In this document: piece by piece, positions 1 to 9,300 of the stretch | Numbering within the stretch: position 1 is the first letter of the stretch | Layout: every line of letters begins with the position of its first letter | Origin: an uncultured delta proteobacterium | GTDB taxonomy: Bacteria; Desulfobacterota; BSN033; UBA1163 | Length of the DNA stretch: 64,000 nucleotides | Reading direction: 5' to 3' | NCBI GenBank assembly: GCA_963827685.1 | Contig: CAWHBU010000006.1 | Location: forward strand, 32,001-96,000 | Notes under the pieces: model-generated | The model's input: only the letters and a program-made list of their open reading frames with translations | The model's database searches: none | What the model was told of the DNA's origin: nothing | Position numbers and translations under genes: made by a program

Positions 1-1
1 A

Positions 2-853
2 AAAAATGGAATAGAAGCTTTAGAAAAACTCAAGAAGAATTCCTTTGATTCAGCGGTAATTGACATTGTCATGCCTCTTATGGATGGGATTACTCTTACC
101 AAGGAATTGTTAAAATTATATCCTAGGTTTCCCGTCATGATCATGACTGGGCAGGATAATGAACATTCCGCTTCGTCAGCCATGGCTGCAGGAGCTCGGG
201 AATTCATAAAAAAGCCCTTTTCCATCGACGAAATTATCCTCCGTTTTGATAAAATGATGCGTGACCTTAAAGGAGAGGAGGAGTTGCTGGCTCTTTCCCT
301 CACAGATGAGCTTACGGACCTGTATAATCGGCGGAAATTCTTTATTTTGACAGAACAGTGTTTTAAGGTAGCCGTTCGGAAAAAGAAAAGGTGGATGCTC
401 CTTTATATCGATATAGATAACTTAAAATGGATCAACGACCACTGCGGACATAGCGAGGGAGACCAAGCATTAATAGGCCTGGGCAGCATCCTTAAAAAGA
501 CCTTTCGGGAGTCGGATGTCATTGCTCGGATTGGAGGAGATGAATTTGCGGTTCTATTAGAATCCACTGACGGGAGCGATGAGATTCTTATGACTCGCTT
601 GTATGAAAACATAAGGGATTATAATGCCAGAGTGTCCCAAGATTATGTGTTATCGATCAGTGTGGGAGCTGCTCAGTTTGATCCTGAATATCCTATTTCG
701 ATAGATAAGCTCCTATCTAAGGCGGATAGCTTGATGTATGCCCAGAAACGGAGAGCGAAGGAAATGCTTCAAGGGAAAAACCAGAGACCATCACCCTCAG
801 ATTTCCTATTGAAACAAGACACGAATTTGCTAATAGAGAAAAAGGAGGTATAA
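2..853 (+). CDS. Response regulator receiver-GGDEF diguanylate cyclase (5' truncated by window)
   Basis: Frame is open from base 2 (KNGIEALEKL..VIDIVMPLMDG, receiver domain with KPF). It has a GGDEF motif and an RxxD I-site (RESD). Confidence 0.92.
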   Translation, partial: KNGIEALEKLKKNSFDSAVIDIVMPLMDGITLTKELLKLYPRFPVMIMTGQDNEHSASSAMAAGAREFIKKPFSIDEIILRFDKMMRDLKGEEELLALSLTDELTDLYNRRKFFILTEQCFKVAVRKKKRWMLLYIDIDNLKWINDHCGHSEGDQALIGLGSILKKTFRESDVIARIGGDEFAVLLESTDGSDEILMTRLYENIRDYNARVSQDYVLSISVGAAQFDPEYPISIDKLLSKADSLMYAQKRRAKEMLQGKNQRPSPSDFLLKQDTNLLIEKKEV

Positions 854-857
854 GAAG

Positions 858-1295
858 ACGATAGAAGAATCAATTATCGACAGAGAGAGAAGAACCCATC
901 CCAGGTTTATTATTGATTTGCCCCTTGAATATCGGGATGCGAATGACTCCTGTTTACGTGGAGCGATTGTTGTGAATGCAAGTGAGGGAGGTTTTCTCAT
1001 CGAATCCACCAGAGACATCCCTGTTGGTACGGATTTAAGTATCACTGTCCTGTTTCCAAAGGGGTTTGAATTGACTAACTTCAAAGCGGTGGCGGAGATT
1101 GTGTGGAAGAAACCTTATTCGAAAGAAGATTTGAAAGGAAACCAGCACTGGAAAGGATACCAGTATGGATTAGAGTTTATTCAGATATTTGGTGAGGATC
1201 GTTGGAAACTGAACCTTCTTCTCAGTGGCCGATACAATTTGGAAGAGATGCCCACAATTAATGAAGTCCACACTGATAAGGAGGCGGAGTTTTAA
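858..1295 (+). CDS. PilZ domain c-di-GMP receptor
   Basis: RRTHPR (RxxxR) and NASEGG (D/NxSxxG) motifs. The RxxxR lies upstream of the track's TTG start. The RBS AGGAGG at 843-848 points to ACG858 or ATA861. Confidence 0.8.
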   Translation, partial: TIEESIIDRERRTHPRFIIDLPLEYRDANDSCLRGAIVVNASEGGFLIESTRDIPVGTDLSITVLFPKGFELTNFKAVAEIVWKKPYSKEDLKGNQHWKGYQYGLEFIQIFGEDRWKLNLLLSGRYNLEEMPTINEVHTDKEAEF

Positions 1296-1319
1296 TCAAA
1301 GTAAAGGAGGTAAGACTCC

Positions 1320-1499
1320 ATGGCATTTGTGGAAGGAGATAGATTCAAGCATAAGTTAACCGGGCAATTATATGAGGTGAAAGTAATTAAAGATGATACA
1401 ATTGTTTTAGGGTCGGAAGATACATCTTATAGGATGTGGTTTGGTGAAGCAGATTTGGAATTATTTTTCGAGATGGTAGAGAAAAGAACAAGGGGCTAA
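1320..1499 (+). CDS. Small hypothetical protein (59 aa)
   Basis: AAGGAGG RBS, ATG1320, MAFVEGDRFKHKLTGQLYEVKVIKDD..., TAA1499, followed by a terminator. Confidence 0.65.
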   Translation: MAFVEGDRFKHKLTGQLYEVKVIKDDTIVLGSEDTSYRMWFGEADLELFFEMVEKRTRG

Positions 1500-1532
1500 A
1501 AAAGTAAGTCAATATTCAGTTCTCAAAGAGCG

Positions 1533-1563
1533 AGGCAGGGTCAGTAAGGGTCCTGCCTTTTTT
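1533..1563 (+). terminator. Rho-independent terminator
   Basis: AGGCAGG/CCTGCCT stem followed by a T run. Confidence 0.65.
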
Positions 1564-2018
1564 ATGCACATTTCTAATCGTAATCGTCGACATTGGGGAC
1601 TGTATTGGATTGAAGACTTGTAGGTGAATTCCTCAATTTAGGCTCTCCAATATCCTCAGAGGGCGAAGGGGACATCCTATATTCTTTTTGTCGAGAGAAA
1701 AAGTGAGAGTTCGAAAAATATTTTTCAAGACAACTCCTTAGAAAGAGATCTCTTCATTCGCCGACACTTCTGCATCAAATCCTCATAGCCTGTTTCGGAT
1801 TTTAGCCTTACTCAACGATTCTCTTGCCGCAAACAATACCTGCATCTCACCGGTACCGTTATTCGGTGTGCCACAGCCTGTCGACACCTGGCCCCTTATG
1901 TCTTTTCCAGACTCAAACGCAGGGCGGGAATTCGACTTCGCAGATAAAAATATCGATTCCCTTTAGCGGCAGTTGTGTTAACATTGATCATCGCGAGATT
2001 AAATTCTGAGGAGAATTT

Positions 2019-3908
2019 ATGGCTGGAGAGTACAAGCGGGCATATGAGGAATCAATTCATCACCCTGAAGCATTCTGGGAAAAAGCAGCAAAAGAGATCC
2101 ACTGGTACAAGCCCTTTGAGAGAATTCTCGATGGGTCGAGCAAACCTTTTTACCGATGGTTTCAAGGAGGCGAATTGGGTACTTGCTACAATGCAGTTGA
2201 CTACCATGTTGATCGAGGAAGAGGGGATCAATGGGCCATCATTTATGATAGCCCCGTAACAGGAGAGATAAGAAGAATCACGTATCGGGAGCTGCTCAAT
2301 TCGGTAGCAAGATTTGCAGGAGTTTTGTCTGAGTATGGAGCGAAGAAGGGTGACAGGGTGATCATTTATATGCCGACAATTCCGGAGACTGCCATTGCCA
2401 TGCTTGGGTGCGCACGAATTGGTGCGATTCACTCCGTCGTTTTTGGAGGATTTGCGCCGAAGGAACTTGCTGTAAGAATTGACGACGCAAAGCCGAAACT
2501 TTTGATATCCGCCTCCTGCGGCTTTGAAGGTGAAAAGCTTATCGAGTATAAGCCTCTGTTGGACAAAGCTTTGGAAATAGCCAATCATAAATTGGAGAGG
2601 TGCATTATTTATCAACGAAAACAATCACAGGCCACATTGATCAAGGGCAGGGACGTTGATTGGAAGGAAGCGGTGTCAAAGGCATCGATGAAGGATTGTG
2701 TGCCTGTTGCCTCCACTGATCCCCTCTACATTTTATATACTTCAGGCACCACGGGCGCTCCAAAGGGCATCGTTCGTGATCACGGAGGTCACGCTGTCGC
2801 CCTCAAGTGGAGTATGAAATATGTCTACGGAGTTGAACCCGGAGATGTCTATTGGGCGGCTTCCGATGTGGGCTGGGTCGTTGGCCATTCCTATATGATC
2901 TATGGCCCTCTGCTCCACGGATGCACGACTGTGATGTATGAAGGAAGACCCGTGGGAACACCCGATCCAGGAGCCTTCTGGAGAGTTGTTTCGGAGCATC
3001 AAGTGAAGGTACTTTTTACAGCACCCACCGCAATTCGAGCGATTAAAAGGGAAGACCCGAAGGGAGAATTTATCAAAAAGTACGATCTCTCTCCCTTGAA
3101 ATATCTTTTCATTGTGGGCGAGAGACTGGATCCGGATACCTACTATTGGGTGAGCGAGTTGTTGAAAAAACCTGTGATTGATCATTGGTGGCAAACCGAA
3201 ACAGGATGGCCCGCCGCTTCGAACTGTATGGGATTAGAACCCTTTCCGATAAAACCAGGATCAGCCACAAAGCCCGTACCAGGATATCAGGTGGAAATCT
3301 TGGACAACAAAGGTGAGGTCCTTCCACCCGAGACAGAAGGGATTGTTGCGATCAAGTTGCCCCTTCCCCCAGGATCTCTTGTTACACTATGGAAAGATGA
3401 TTCAAGGTTCAAGGAGTCTTATCTCGATACATACCCCGGATACTATTATACAGGAGATGGAGGCTATTTTGACGGAGATGGATATCTCTATATTATGGGC
3501 CGGGTGGATGATGTGATCACTGTCGCCGGCTATCGGCTCTCAACGGGAAGAATGGAAGAGGTGATTGCTAACCATTCGGATGTGGCGGAGTGTGCCGTCG
3601 TCGGCTCTGCGATAGGGTTCCCCGTTGGATTTGTAGTATTAAAGTCAGATGTTACAAGAAATCCGAACCAGATCGTGAAGGAGCTTTTAAAAATGGTCAG
3701 GGATAAGCTTGGAACGTTTGCTTCTTTGAAGCAGGCAGTTGTTGTGAAACGGCTGCCCAAAACGAAATCAGGAAAAATTCTGAGAGGAACAATGAGAAGA
3801 ATTGTGGATGGGAAAAAATACACCATTCCCTCGACCATCGATGATCCAACCATTCTAAAGGAGATTGAGAAAGCCGTTAAGATGATTCAGCAGGATAAAA
3901 ACACGTAA
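2019..3908 (+). CDS. prpE: Propionyl-/acetyl-CoA synthetase (PrpE-like)
   Basis: YTSGTTGAPKG, DHWWQTETG, YYTGDGG and PKTKSGKILR motifs. Acs/PrpE-type N-terminus. Confidence 0.85.
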   Translation: MAGEYKRAYEESIHHPEAFWEKAAKEIHWYKPFERILDGSSKPFYRWFQGGELGTCYNAVDYHVDRGRGDQWAIIYDSPVTGEIRRITYRELLNSVARFAGVLSEYGAKKGDRVIIYMPTIPETAIAMLGCARIGAIHSVVFGGFAPKELAVRIDDAKPKLLISASCGFEGEKLIEYKPLLDKALEIANHKLERCIIYQRKQSQATLIKGRDVDWKEAVSKASMKDCVPVASTDPLYILYTSGTTGAPKGIVRDHGGHAVALKWSMKYVYGVEPGDVYWAASDVGWVVGHSYMIYGPLLHGCTTVMYEGRPVGTPDPGAFWRVVSEHQVKVLFTAPTAIRAIKREDPKGEFIKKYDLSPLKYLFIVGERLDPDTYYWVSELLKKPVIDHWWQTETGWPAASNCMGLEPFPIKPGSATKPVPGYQVEILDNKGEVLPPETEGIVAIKLPLPPGSLVTLWKDDSRFKESYLDTYPGYYYTGDGGYFDGDGYLYIMGRVDDVITVAGYRLSTGRMEEVIANHSDVAECAVVGSAIGFPVGFVVLKSDVTRNPNQIVKELLKMVRDKLGTFASLKQAVVVKRLPKTKSGKILRGTMRRIVDGKKYTIPSTIDDPTILKEIEKAVKMIQQDKNT

Positions 3909-4003
3909 GAATTTAATTACCACGGAAAGGGGGCGTTGACACATAGGGGACATTGGTTCTAAAACAACATGACGGGCGGAGCAGAAGGATGTAATGTGCC
4001 AAT

Positions 4004-4245
4004 ATGCCAAGACAGCCAAGACTGGATGCTCCTGGAGCCTTGCATCATATAATAGGACGGGGCATCGAACGGACAAGCATATTCCGCACTGGTCGAGACT
4101 GGGAGGTTTCCTTAAAAGGATAGCAGGTTCGTCTATGGCCTGGGAGCTAATGTTCCTTATGCCCAACCACTTCCATTTATTGCTTCGGACGGATCGGCAA
4201 TTTATTCTGAAGAGTATGGGGCCCCTCCAAAAAAAACTTTTTTAG
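4004..4245 (+). pseudogene. REP-associated tyrosine transposase (RAYT/Y1) fragment
   Basis: MPRQPRLDAPGALHHIIGRGIER, then a frameshift to FLKRIAG..MPNHFHLLLRT (HUH motif). Truncated after that. Confidence 0.8.
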
Positions 4246-4337
4246 CTTGACAATCCTGGGCGATCTATGTCATTAATTTATAAATTTTTTCTCTTTCAAT
4301 TTTCCTGATCTTTACCCAAACTCGGGAGGAATAGTGA

Positions 4338-5675
4338 ATGACGCGTAAGATCTTGGCGGTGGGGATGATATGGCTCTTGTCTTCCGGATGCCTGCCCCAC
4401 CCAGGCTCTCTCTCTGAAAAAAAAGATACTATCTCTCCCTCTACAAAAAATGAGGCTCCTCTCTCTGCTCAAAAAGAATTGGAAAAGTCCCCTTCTCAGG
4501 AACTGCCTCCCTCTCCCAAAGAATCTGCTCCAGCCTATTCTTCACCTTCGACGGAAAACCAGGTTGTATGGAGCCTGGATCTTCCGATCAGTGACGAATC
4601 CAATGACGATTTCACTCTCGAGGTCTTCCCGAAAGATCGCCAAAAACAAGGGCAGGAATTCGATATCCCTATTGTGATCAATGCGAAGGTGGAACAATTC
4701 ATTCAACACTTTCAGACGAAGGCCAGGAAGGTGTTCACCCTTTGGCTGGCGCGGTCAGAAAAATATATCCCCTCCATGAAGAAACTCCTGAAGGAGAATG
4801 GTCTTCCAGAAGACCTCGTCTATTTGGCGCTTATCGAGAGTGGCTTCAATCCTTATGCCTATTCCAGGAGCAAGGCATCCGGTCCCTGGCAATTCATTTA
4901 CCTCACAGGGAGAAGATATGGGTTGAGGTCAAACTGGTGGATTGATGAGAGGAGAGATCCCGAGAAATCGACCATCGCTGCGGCCAAATATCTCAAAGAC
5001 CTTTATGATATGTTTGAATGTTGGTATCTCGCCGCCGCCGGTTACAATGCCGGCGAAAAAAAGATTGCCACCGCGATGAAACGTTATGGGACAGAGGACT
5101 TCTGGGAATTAACAAAATATCGATACCTGAAACGGGAGACAAAAGACTATGTCCCCCAGATGATTGCCGCTGCGCTCATTGCGAAAGATCCGGAGAAATA
5201 TGGATTCGTCGGCATCGAATACCAAGAGCCCCTCCGTTATGAGAAGGTGAAGGTGCCCGAGGTCACCGATCTTCGTCTGATCGCCCAGGCCTGCGAAGTG
5301 ACCGTTGATGAGATAAAGAACCTTAATCCCGAGCTGTCGAGATGGTGCACCCCTCCAAACTTTCCCGACTATGAGATTAAAATTCCCTTTGGAAAGAAGG
5401 AGCCTTTCTTAAGAAATTTTGAAGCCCTTTATCCCGGTGAAAGATTCCAATTCAAAACCCATATCGTCAAAAAAGGGGACACCCTTTCAAAAATTGCCAA
5501 ACTTTACCGGGTCGGCCTGGAACCGATCCTTGAGATCAACCGATTGAATAAGAAGAGCCGCCTCTCCACAGGGATGAATCTTCTCATCCCCCTGCCGAAA
5601 GATCCGGATCCAAAACCGCGTAGCATAGCTAAGAAAAAATCTGATGGAATAGACCAACATCCAACCGCCTTTTGA
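4338..5675 (+). CDS. mltD: Membrane-bound lytic murein transglycosylase D-like (SLT + LysM lipoprotein)
   Basis: Lipobox LSSGC, IESGF, ASGPWQF, AGYNAG, ETKDYVP and LysM HIVKKGDTLSKIA. Confidence 0.9.
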   Translation: MTRKILAVGMIWLLSSGCLPHPGSLSEKKDTISPSTKNEAPLSAQKELEKSPSQELPPSPKESAPAYSSPSTENQVVWSLDLPISDESNDDFTLEVFPKDRQKQGQEFDIPIVINAKVEQFIQHFQTKARKVFTLWLARSEKYIPSMKKLLKENGLPEDLVYLALIESGFNPYAYSRSKASGPWQFIYLTGRRYGLRSNWWIDERRDPEKSTIAAAKYLKDLYDMFECWYLAAAGYNAGEKKIATAMKRYGTEDFWELTKYRYLKRETKDYVPQMIAAALIAKDPEKYGFVGIEYQEPLRYEKVKVPEVTDLRLIAQACEVTVDEIKNLNPELSRWCTPPNFPDYEIKIPFGKKEPFLRNFEALYPGERFQFKTHIVKKGDTLSKIAKLYRVGLEPILEINRLNKKSRLSTGMNLLIPLPKDPDPKPRSIAKKKSDGIDQHPTAF

Positions 5676-5737
5676 GAACTTTTTTATGAAACGGTAAGGT
5701 AAACTTAAGGGACAATTGGGGACAGTTCCAACATCAT

Positions 5738-5766
5738 TTGACAATCCAAGTAAAAAAAGATAGATT
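5738..5766 (+). promoter_or_regulatory. Sigma70-type promoter for degP
   Basis: TTGACA-N17-TAGATT. Confidence 0.55.
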
Positions 5767-5805
5767 ATGAAAACAATTAATTTTAATAATCTTAAGGAGC
5801 AAACG

Positions 5806-7275
5806 ATGTACAAGAAAATGGCTAAAAGTTTGGGGTTGGGTCTCATCTTTGTTGTCCTTCTCTTTGGCCTCTTTTTCTGTATGAATAACGACCGGGCCAA
5901 CTCCCTCAGCAACACGAAAGATGACAAGGAAAAGATGACAACGACGAAGTCCCTCGGCAGGGCCTTTGTGGAAGTGGCCAAGAAAGTTCAACCTGCTGTG
6001 GTCAACATTACCACAGAAAAAACCATTACGATGAGACCCTGGGATAGATACGGAGAAGACTTCTTCAGGGGAAGTCCATTTGAGGACTTCTTCAAGGGTT
6101 TCGGTTTTTCACCCCGAGAAAAAGGAAAGGAATACAGACATAAACAGAGAAGCGGAGGGTCGGGGGTCATTGTTGATAAAGAAGGCTATATTTTGACGAA
6201 CAATCACGTGGTGGAGGATGCAGAGAAGATCAAAATACGTCTTAATGACGGAAGAGAGTTTACGGCAACGCTCAAAGGCCAAGATTCAAGGACAGATCTT
6301 GCCGTCCTCCATATCAAAGCCAAAGATCTTCCCGTCGCCACGTTGGGCGATTCAGATAATTTAGAGGTTGGAGAATGGGCCATTGCCATTGGAAGCCCCT
6401 TTGGCCTGGAGCACACGGTCACGGTGGGAGTGATCAGTGCGAAAGGCCGGTCGGGATTGGGAACGGGAAATTATGAAGATTTCATTCAAACCGACGCTTC
6501 CATCAATCCAGGCAACTCCGGAGGTCCCCTGATCAATATCGACGGAGAGGTGGTCGGCATTAATGCCATGATCATCCAGCCTGGCACAGGGATCGGATTT
6601 GCCATTCCCATTAATATGGCCAAACAGATCTTGAGCGATCTCATCAAGCAGGGCAAAGTGGTCCGGCCGTGGCTGGGCATCGGCGTACAAGACCTCACGC
6701 CTGAGATGGCGGAACAATTCCAAGTGAAAGAGAAGGAGGGAGTTCTGGTCGCACAAATCCATCAAGGAACCGGTGCCGAAAAAGCGGGGCTCGTTTCGGG
6801 GGACATCATCAAATCGGTGGATGAGAAAGCCATTAAGAACACCAATGAACTCATTAAAGAAATCCAAAAGAAAAAGGTGGGCCAAAAAGTAAAGCTTAAC
6901 GTGGTCAGGGATGGAAAGCCCATGAACGTTGAGGTCACCACCACTGCGATGCCAGACAAACCAGAGGCCTTGAAGGAAAAAGAGAGTGAAGAAAAATTGG
7001 GAGCAAGGATTCAAGAACTTACCCCTTCACTGGCTGCACGATATCGAATCTCGGGCGAGATAAAGCGTGGTGTTGTCATCGTCGGTATTGAAGAGGGCAG
7101 CCCTGCCGATGATATGGGCCTTCAGGAAGGGGATGTCATCCTGGAGATCAACCGAAAAAAGATCGAGACGACCAAGGATTTTGAAAAAGCGATCAAGGAT
7201 CTCAGCTTGGAGAAAGGGATTGTTTTCCGCCTTCATCGGAGGGGAAACACTTTTTATCATTCTTTCAAAAAATAA
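5806..7275 (+). CDS. degP: DegP/DegQ (HtrA) serine protease with two PDZ domains
   Basis: TNNHV, TDLAV, QTDASINPGNSGG. AAGGAG RBS precedes ATG5806. Confidence 0.92.
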   Translation: MYKKMAKSLGLGLIFVVLLFGLFFCMNNDRANSLSNTKDDKEKMTTTKSLGRAFVEVAKKVQPAVVNITTEKTITMRPWDRYGEDFFRGSPFEDFFKGFGFSPREKGKEYRHKQRSGGSGVIVDKEGYILTNNHVVEDAEKIKIRLNDGREFTATLKGQDSRTDLAVLHIKAKDLPVATLGDSDNLEVGEWAIAIGSPFGLEHTVTVGVISAKGRSGLGTGNYEDFIQTDASINPGNSGGPLINIDGEVVGINAMIIQPGTGIGFAIPINMAKQILSDLIKQGKVVRPWLGIGVQDLTPEMAEQFQVKEKEGVLVAQIHQGTGAEKAGLVSGDIIKSVDEKAIKNTNELIKEIQKKKVGQKVKLNVVRDGKPMNVEVTTTAMPDKPEALKEKESEEKLGARIQELTPSLAARYRISGEIKRGVVIVGIEEGSPADDMGLQEGDVILEINRKKIETTKDFEKAIKDLSLEKGIVFRLHRRGNTFYHSFKK

Positions 7276-7289
7276 CCTTAAGCGAATTT

Positions 7290-7407
7290 ACCCCGTTAGA
7301 AAGATTGCCCCGCTGCTCTGCAACAGGATTAGATTTTAGAATAATTCCGGTGGGGTTTAATGCTCCGCTCGGTTTCGAGTCGCAACGACTGGAATTTCTA
7401 ACGGGGT
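7290..7407. repeat. 118-bp element bounded by 13-bp perfect inverted repeats (REP/MITE-like)
   Basis: ACCCCGTTAGAAA (7290-7302) and TTTCTAACGGGGT (7395-7407), between convergent genes. Confidence 0.75.
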
Positions 7408-7812
7408 TTACCCCGCTGCTTTGACATACCTGATCCTCAAATCATAGAGGACATAGTCGATTACTTTTTCCTCCTCGGGGGTAAGATTTCCCTTTGTCTT
7501 TTCCTTCAACATCCCGATGAGGTCTATCGTCTGTTTGGCTGAGGGAAGGTTCTTAGCTGATTTTTGAGTGAATGGATCTTGAATCTCTCCTAACTGGATG
7601 AGAGCTGACGAACTTAAAGATAAGATGAAATGAGTAAAATCAATCTCAGGGAGGAGTGCTTCCTGAGCAGAAATATCCTCTCTGGAAGTTTCTTCAAACT
7701 TTCCCTCTTCATTGATTTTGGATTCCTCCTTCTCTTCCTTCTTGGCACTAAACCTCTTATCCTTTACAACAAAACCCTTTTCTTGTTCATCGTCCTTTTT
7801 ATCATTTCCCAT
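7408..7812 (-). CDS. DUF1844 domain protein
   Basis: PEIDFTHFILSL..LGEIQDP..AKQTIDLIGMLKEKTKGNLT..E..LYDLR signature. Confidence 0.85.
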   Translation of the reverse strand: MGNDKKDDEQEKGFVVKDKRFSAKKEEKEESKINEEGKFEETSREDISAQEALLPEIDFTHFILSLSSSALIQLGEIQDPFTQKSAKNLPSAKQTIDLIGMLKEKTKGNLTPEEEKVIDYVLYDLRIRYVKAAG

Positions 7813-7896
7813 GGCATCCTCCTAAGAAATCAAGTCTATTCCTGTAAGTTTTTAATATAAAATTATTTAATAAAATCAATAAAATATAAAAAGTAC

Positions 7897-7926
7897 TTGA
7901 CTTTTTAACCATCCTTATTATATTCT
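7897..7926 (+). promoter_or_regulatory. Sigma70-type promoter for rpoH
   Basis: TTGACT (7897-7902) with TATATT at 16 nt or TATTCT at 18 nt, directly upstream of CIRCE. Confidence 0.6.
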
Positions 7927-7930
7927 ATTG

Positions 7931-7957
7931 TTAGCACTCTAATAAAAAGAGTGCTAA
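7931..7957. promoter_or_regulatory. CIRCE element (HrcA operator)
   Basis: Perfect TTAGCACTC-N9-GAGTGCTAA. Confidence 0.97.
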
Positions 7958-7978
7958 TCAATCTAAGGGGTGGTTTAA

Positions 7979-8848
7979 ATGCCAATTCCACATCTTCCGG
8001 TTGTAAAGAATTCAATAGAAACCTATCTCGTTCAGATCAATCAATTTCCGCTCTTAAGTCAGGAAGAAGAATTTAAACTTGCCGTAAGATATCGTAAATA
8101 CTACGATAAGGAAGAGGGGATTGAGGCTGCGCATAAGTTAATTACATCAAACTTAAGATTTGTTGTCAAGGTTGCTTTTGAATATAAGTCCTACGGGGCT
8201 AAACTCCAAGACCTCATCCAGGAGGGAAATATTGGTCTGATGATGGCGGTCAAAAAGTTTGATCCTCACAAAGGGTATCGGTTTATATCCTATGCTATCT
8301 GGTGGATCAGGGCCTATATTCAAAATTTTATCATAAAAACCTGGAGCCTCGTTAAGATCGGGACGACCCAAGCCCAAAAGAAGCTTTTCTATAAGATTGG
8401 AAAGGTAAGAAAGGCATTGGAATCCAATGGAGAGAACGAAAAGAAATACGAACTTCTGGCTCGCGATTTAGATGTGGCCAAAGAGGATATCGTTGAGATG
8501 GAACAGAGGATGTCTTCAAGAGACCTCTCCCTCGATGCTCCTTTTGACGAAGGCCAGGAACTCACCCACCTCGACCTTCTTAAAGAAGAATCTCCAAACC
8601 AAGAAGAGGCCTTCGCACAGGAAGAGGAAAAAAGGATTCGGGAACACGACGTTCAGAATGCAATGAAACGTTTAAACGAGAAAGAAGTCTATGTGATCAA
8701 AAATAGAATCATGGCTGAAGAACCCCTCACCCTTCAGCAAATTGGGGACCACCTCAAACTTTCAAGGGAACGGGTGAGACAGATTGAAGGTGAAGCATTA
8801 AAGAAGTTAAAAAGAGAATTCAGCACGAGATCAGAACTGCAAGTCTAA
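7979..8848 (+). CDS. rpoH: Heat-shock sigma factor sigma-32
   Basis: Sigma70 regions 2-4, RpoH box QAQKKLFYKI, upstream CIRCE. Confidence 0.92.
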   Translation: MPIPHLPVVKNSIETYLVQINQFPLLSQEEEFKLAVRYRKYYDKEEGIEAAHKLITSNLRFVVKVAFEYKSYGAKLQDLIQEGNIGLMMAVKKFDPHKGYRFISYAIWWIRAYIQNFIIKTWSLVKIGTTQAQKKLFYKIGKVRKALESNGENEKKYELLARDLDVAKEDIVEMEQRMSSRDLSLDAPFDEGQELTHLDLLKEESPNQEEAFAQEEEKRIREHDVQNAMKRLNEKEVYVIKNRIMAEEPLTLQQIGDHLKLSRERVRQIEGEALKKLKREFSTRSELQV

Positions 8849-8864
8849 CGGGGAGGGTTTCAGA

Positions 8865-9146
8865 ATGCCTATTTATGAGTATCAATGTCACCAGTGTAAT
8901 GAGGTCTTTGAGATCTTTCATAAAATAGATGAAGATTGTAAAGTAACCTGTCCTAAATGCCTTGGGCCAGCGAAAAAAATGATTTCAGCCACTAACTTTG
9001 TCCTGAAAGGGTCCGGTTTCTATGTGAACGATTACCCCTCAAAAAGTCGAAAGGAAGGGAAGAAGGCGGAGAAAGACGGGACGGAAAAAGGACAAAGTGG
9101 AAAAGCTGAAGAAAAAAGGGCAGAAAAAAAAGCGGATCCGAAATAA
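8865..9146 (+). CDS. FmdB family zinc-ribbon protein
   Basis: MPIYEYQCxxC..CPKC..FVLKGSGFYVNDY. Confidence 0.9.
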   Translation: MPIYEYQCHQCNEVFEIFHKIDEDCKVTCPKCLGPAKKMISATNFVLKGSGFYVNDYPSKSRKEGKKAEKDGTEKGQSGKAEEKRAEKKADPK

Positions 9147-9149
9147 ATT

Positions 9150-9300
9150 AAATCCCAATAATCAAACCCCAAATTACAAACAAATTCCAATTTCCCCAAT
9201 TTCTAATAATCAAAATACCCCACGCCCTTACCCAGGGGAAGTTGGACTATTGGTCATTATTTGGTCCCGCAATGACGGGATTGGTGCTTGGGATTTGGTT
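9150..9300. repeat. Degenerate short-period (about 7 bp) inverted repeat array
   Basis: C/A-rich left arm (aatcaaa, ttacaaa, tccaat) and complementary G/T-rich right arm (ttggtgc ttgggat ttggtt). Internal TCCCG/CGGGA mini hairpin. Confidence 0.6.

Noticed and set aside
1565-2010. Possible decayed gene in the spacer before prpE
   Set aside because: Short open stretches on both strands, but no family motif I could recognise.
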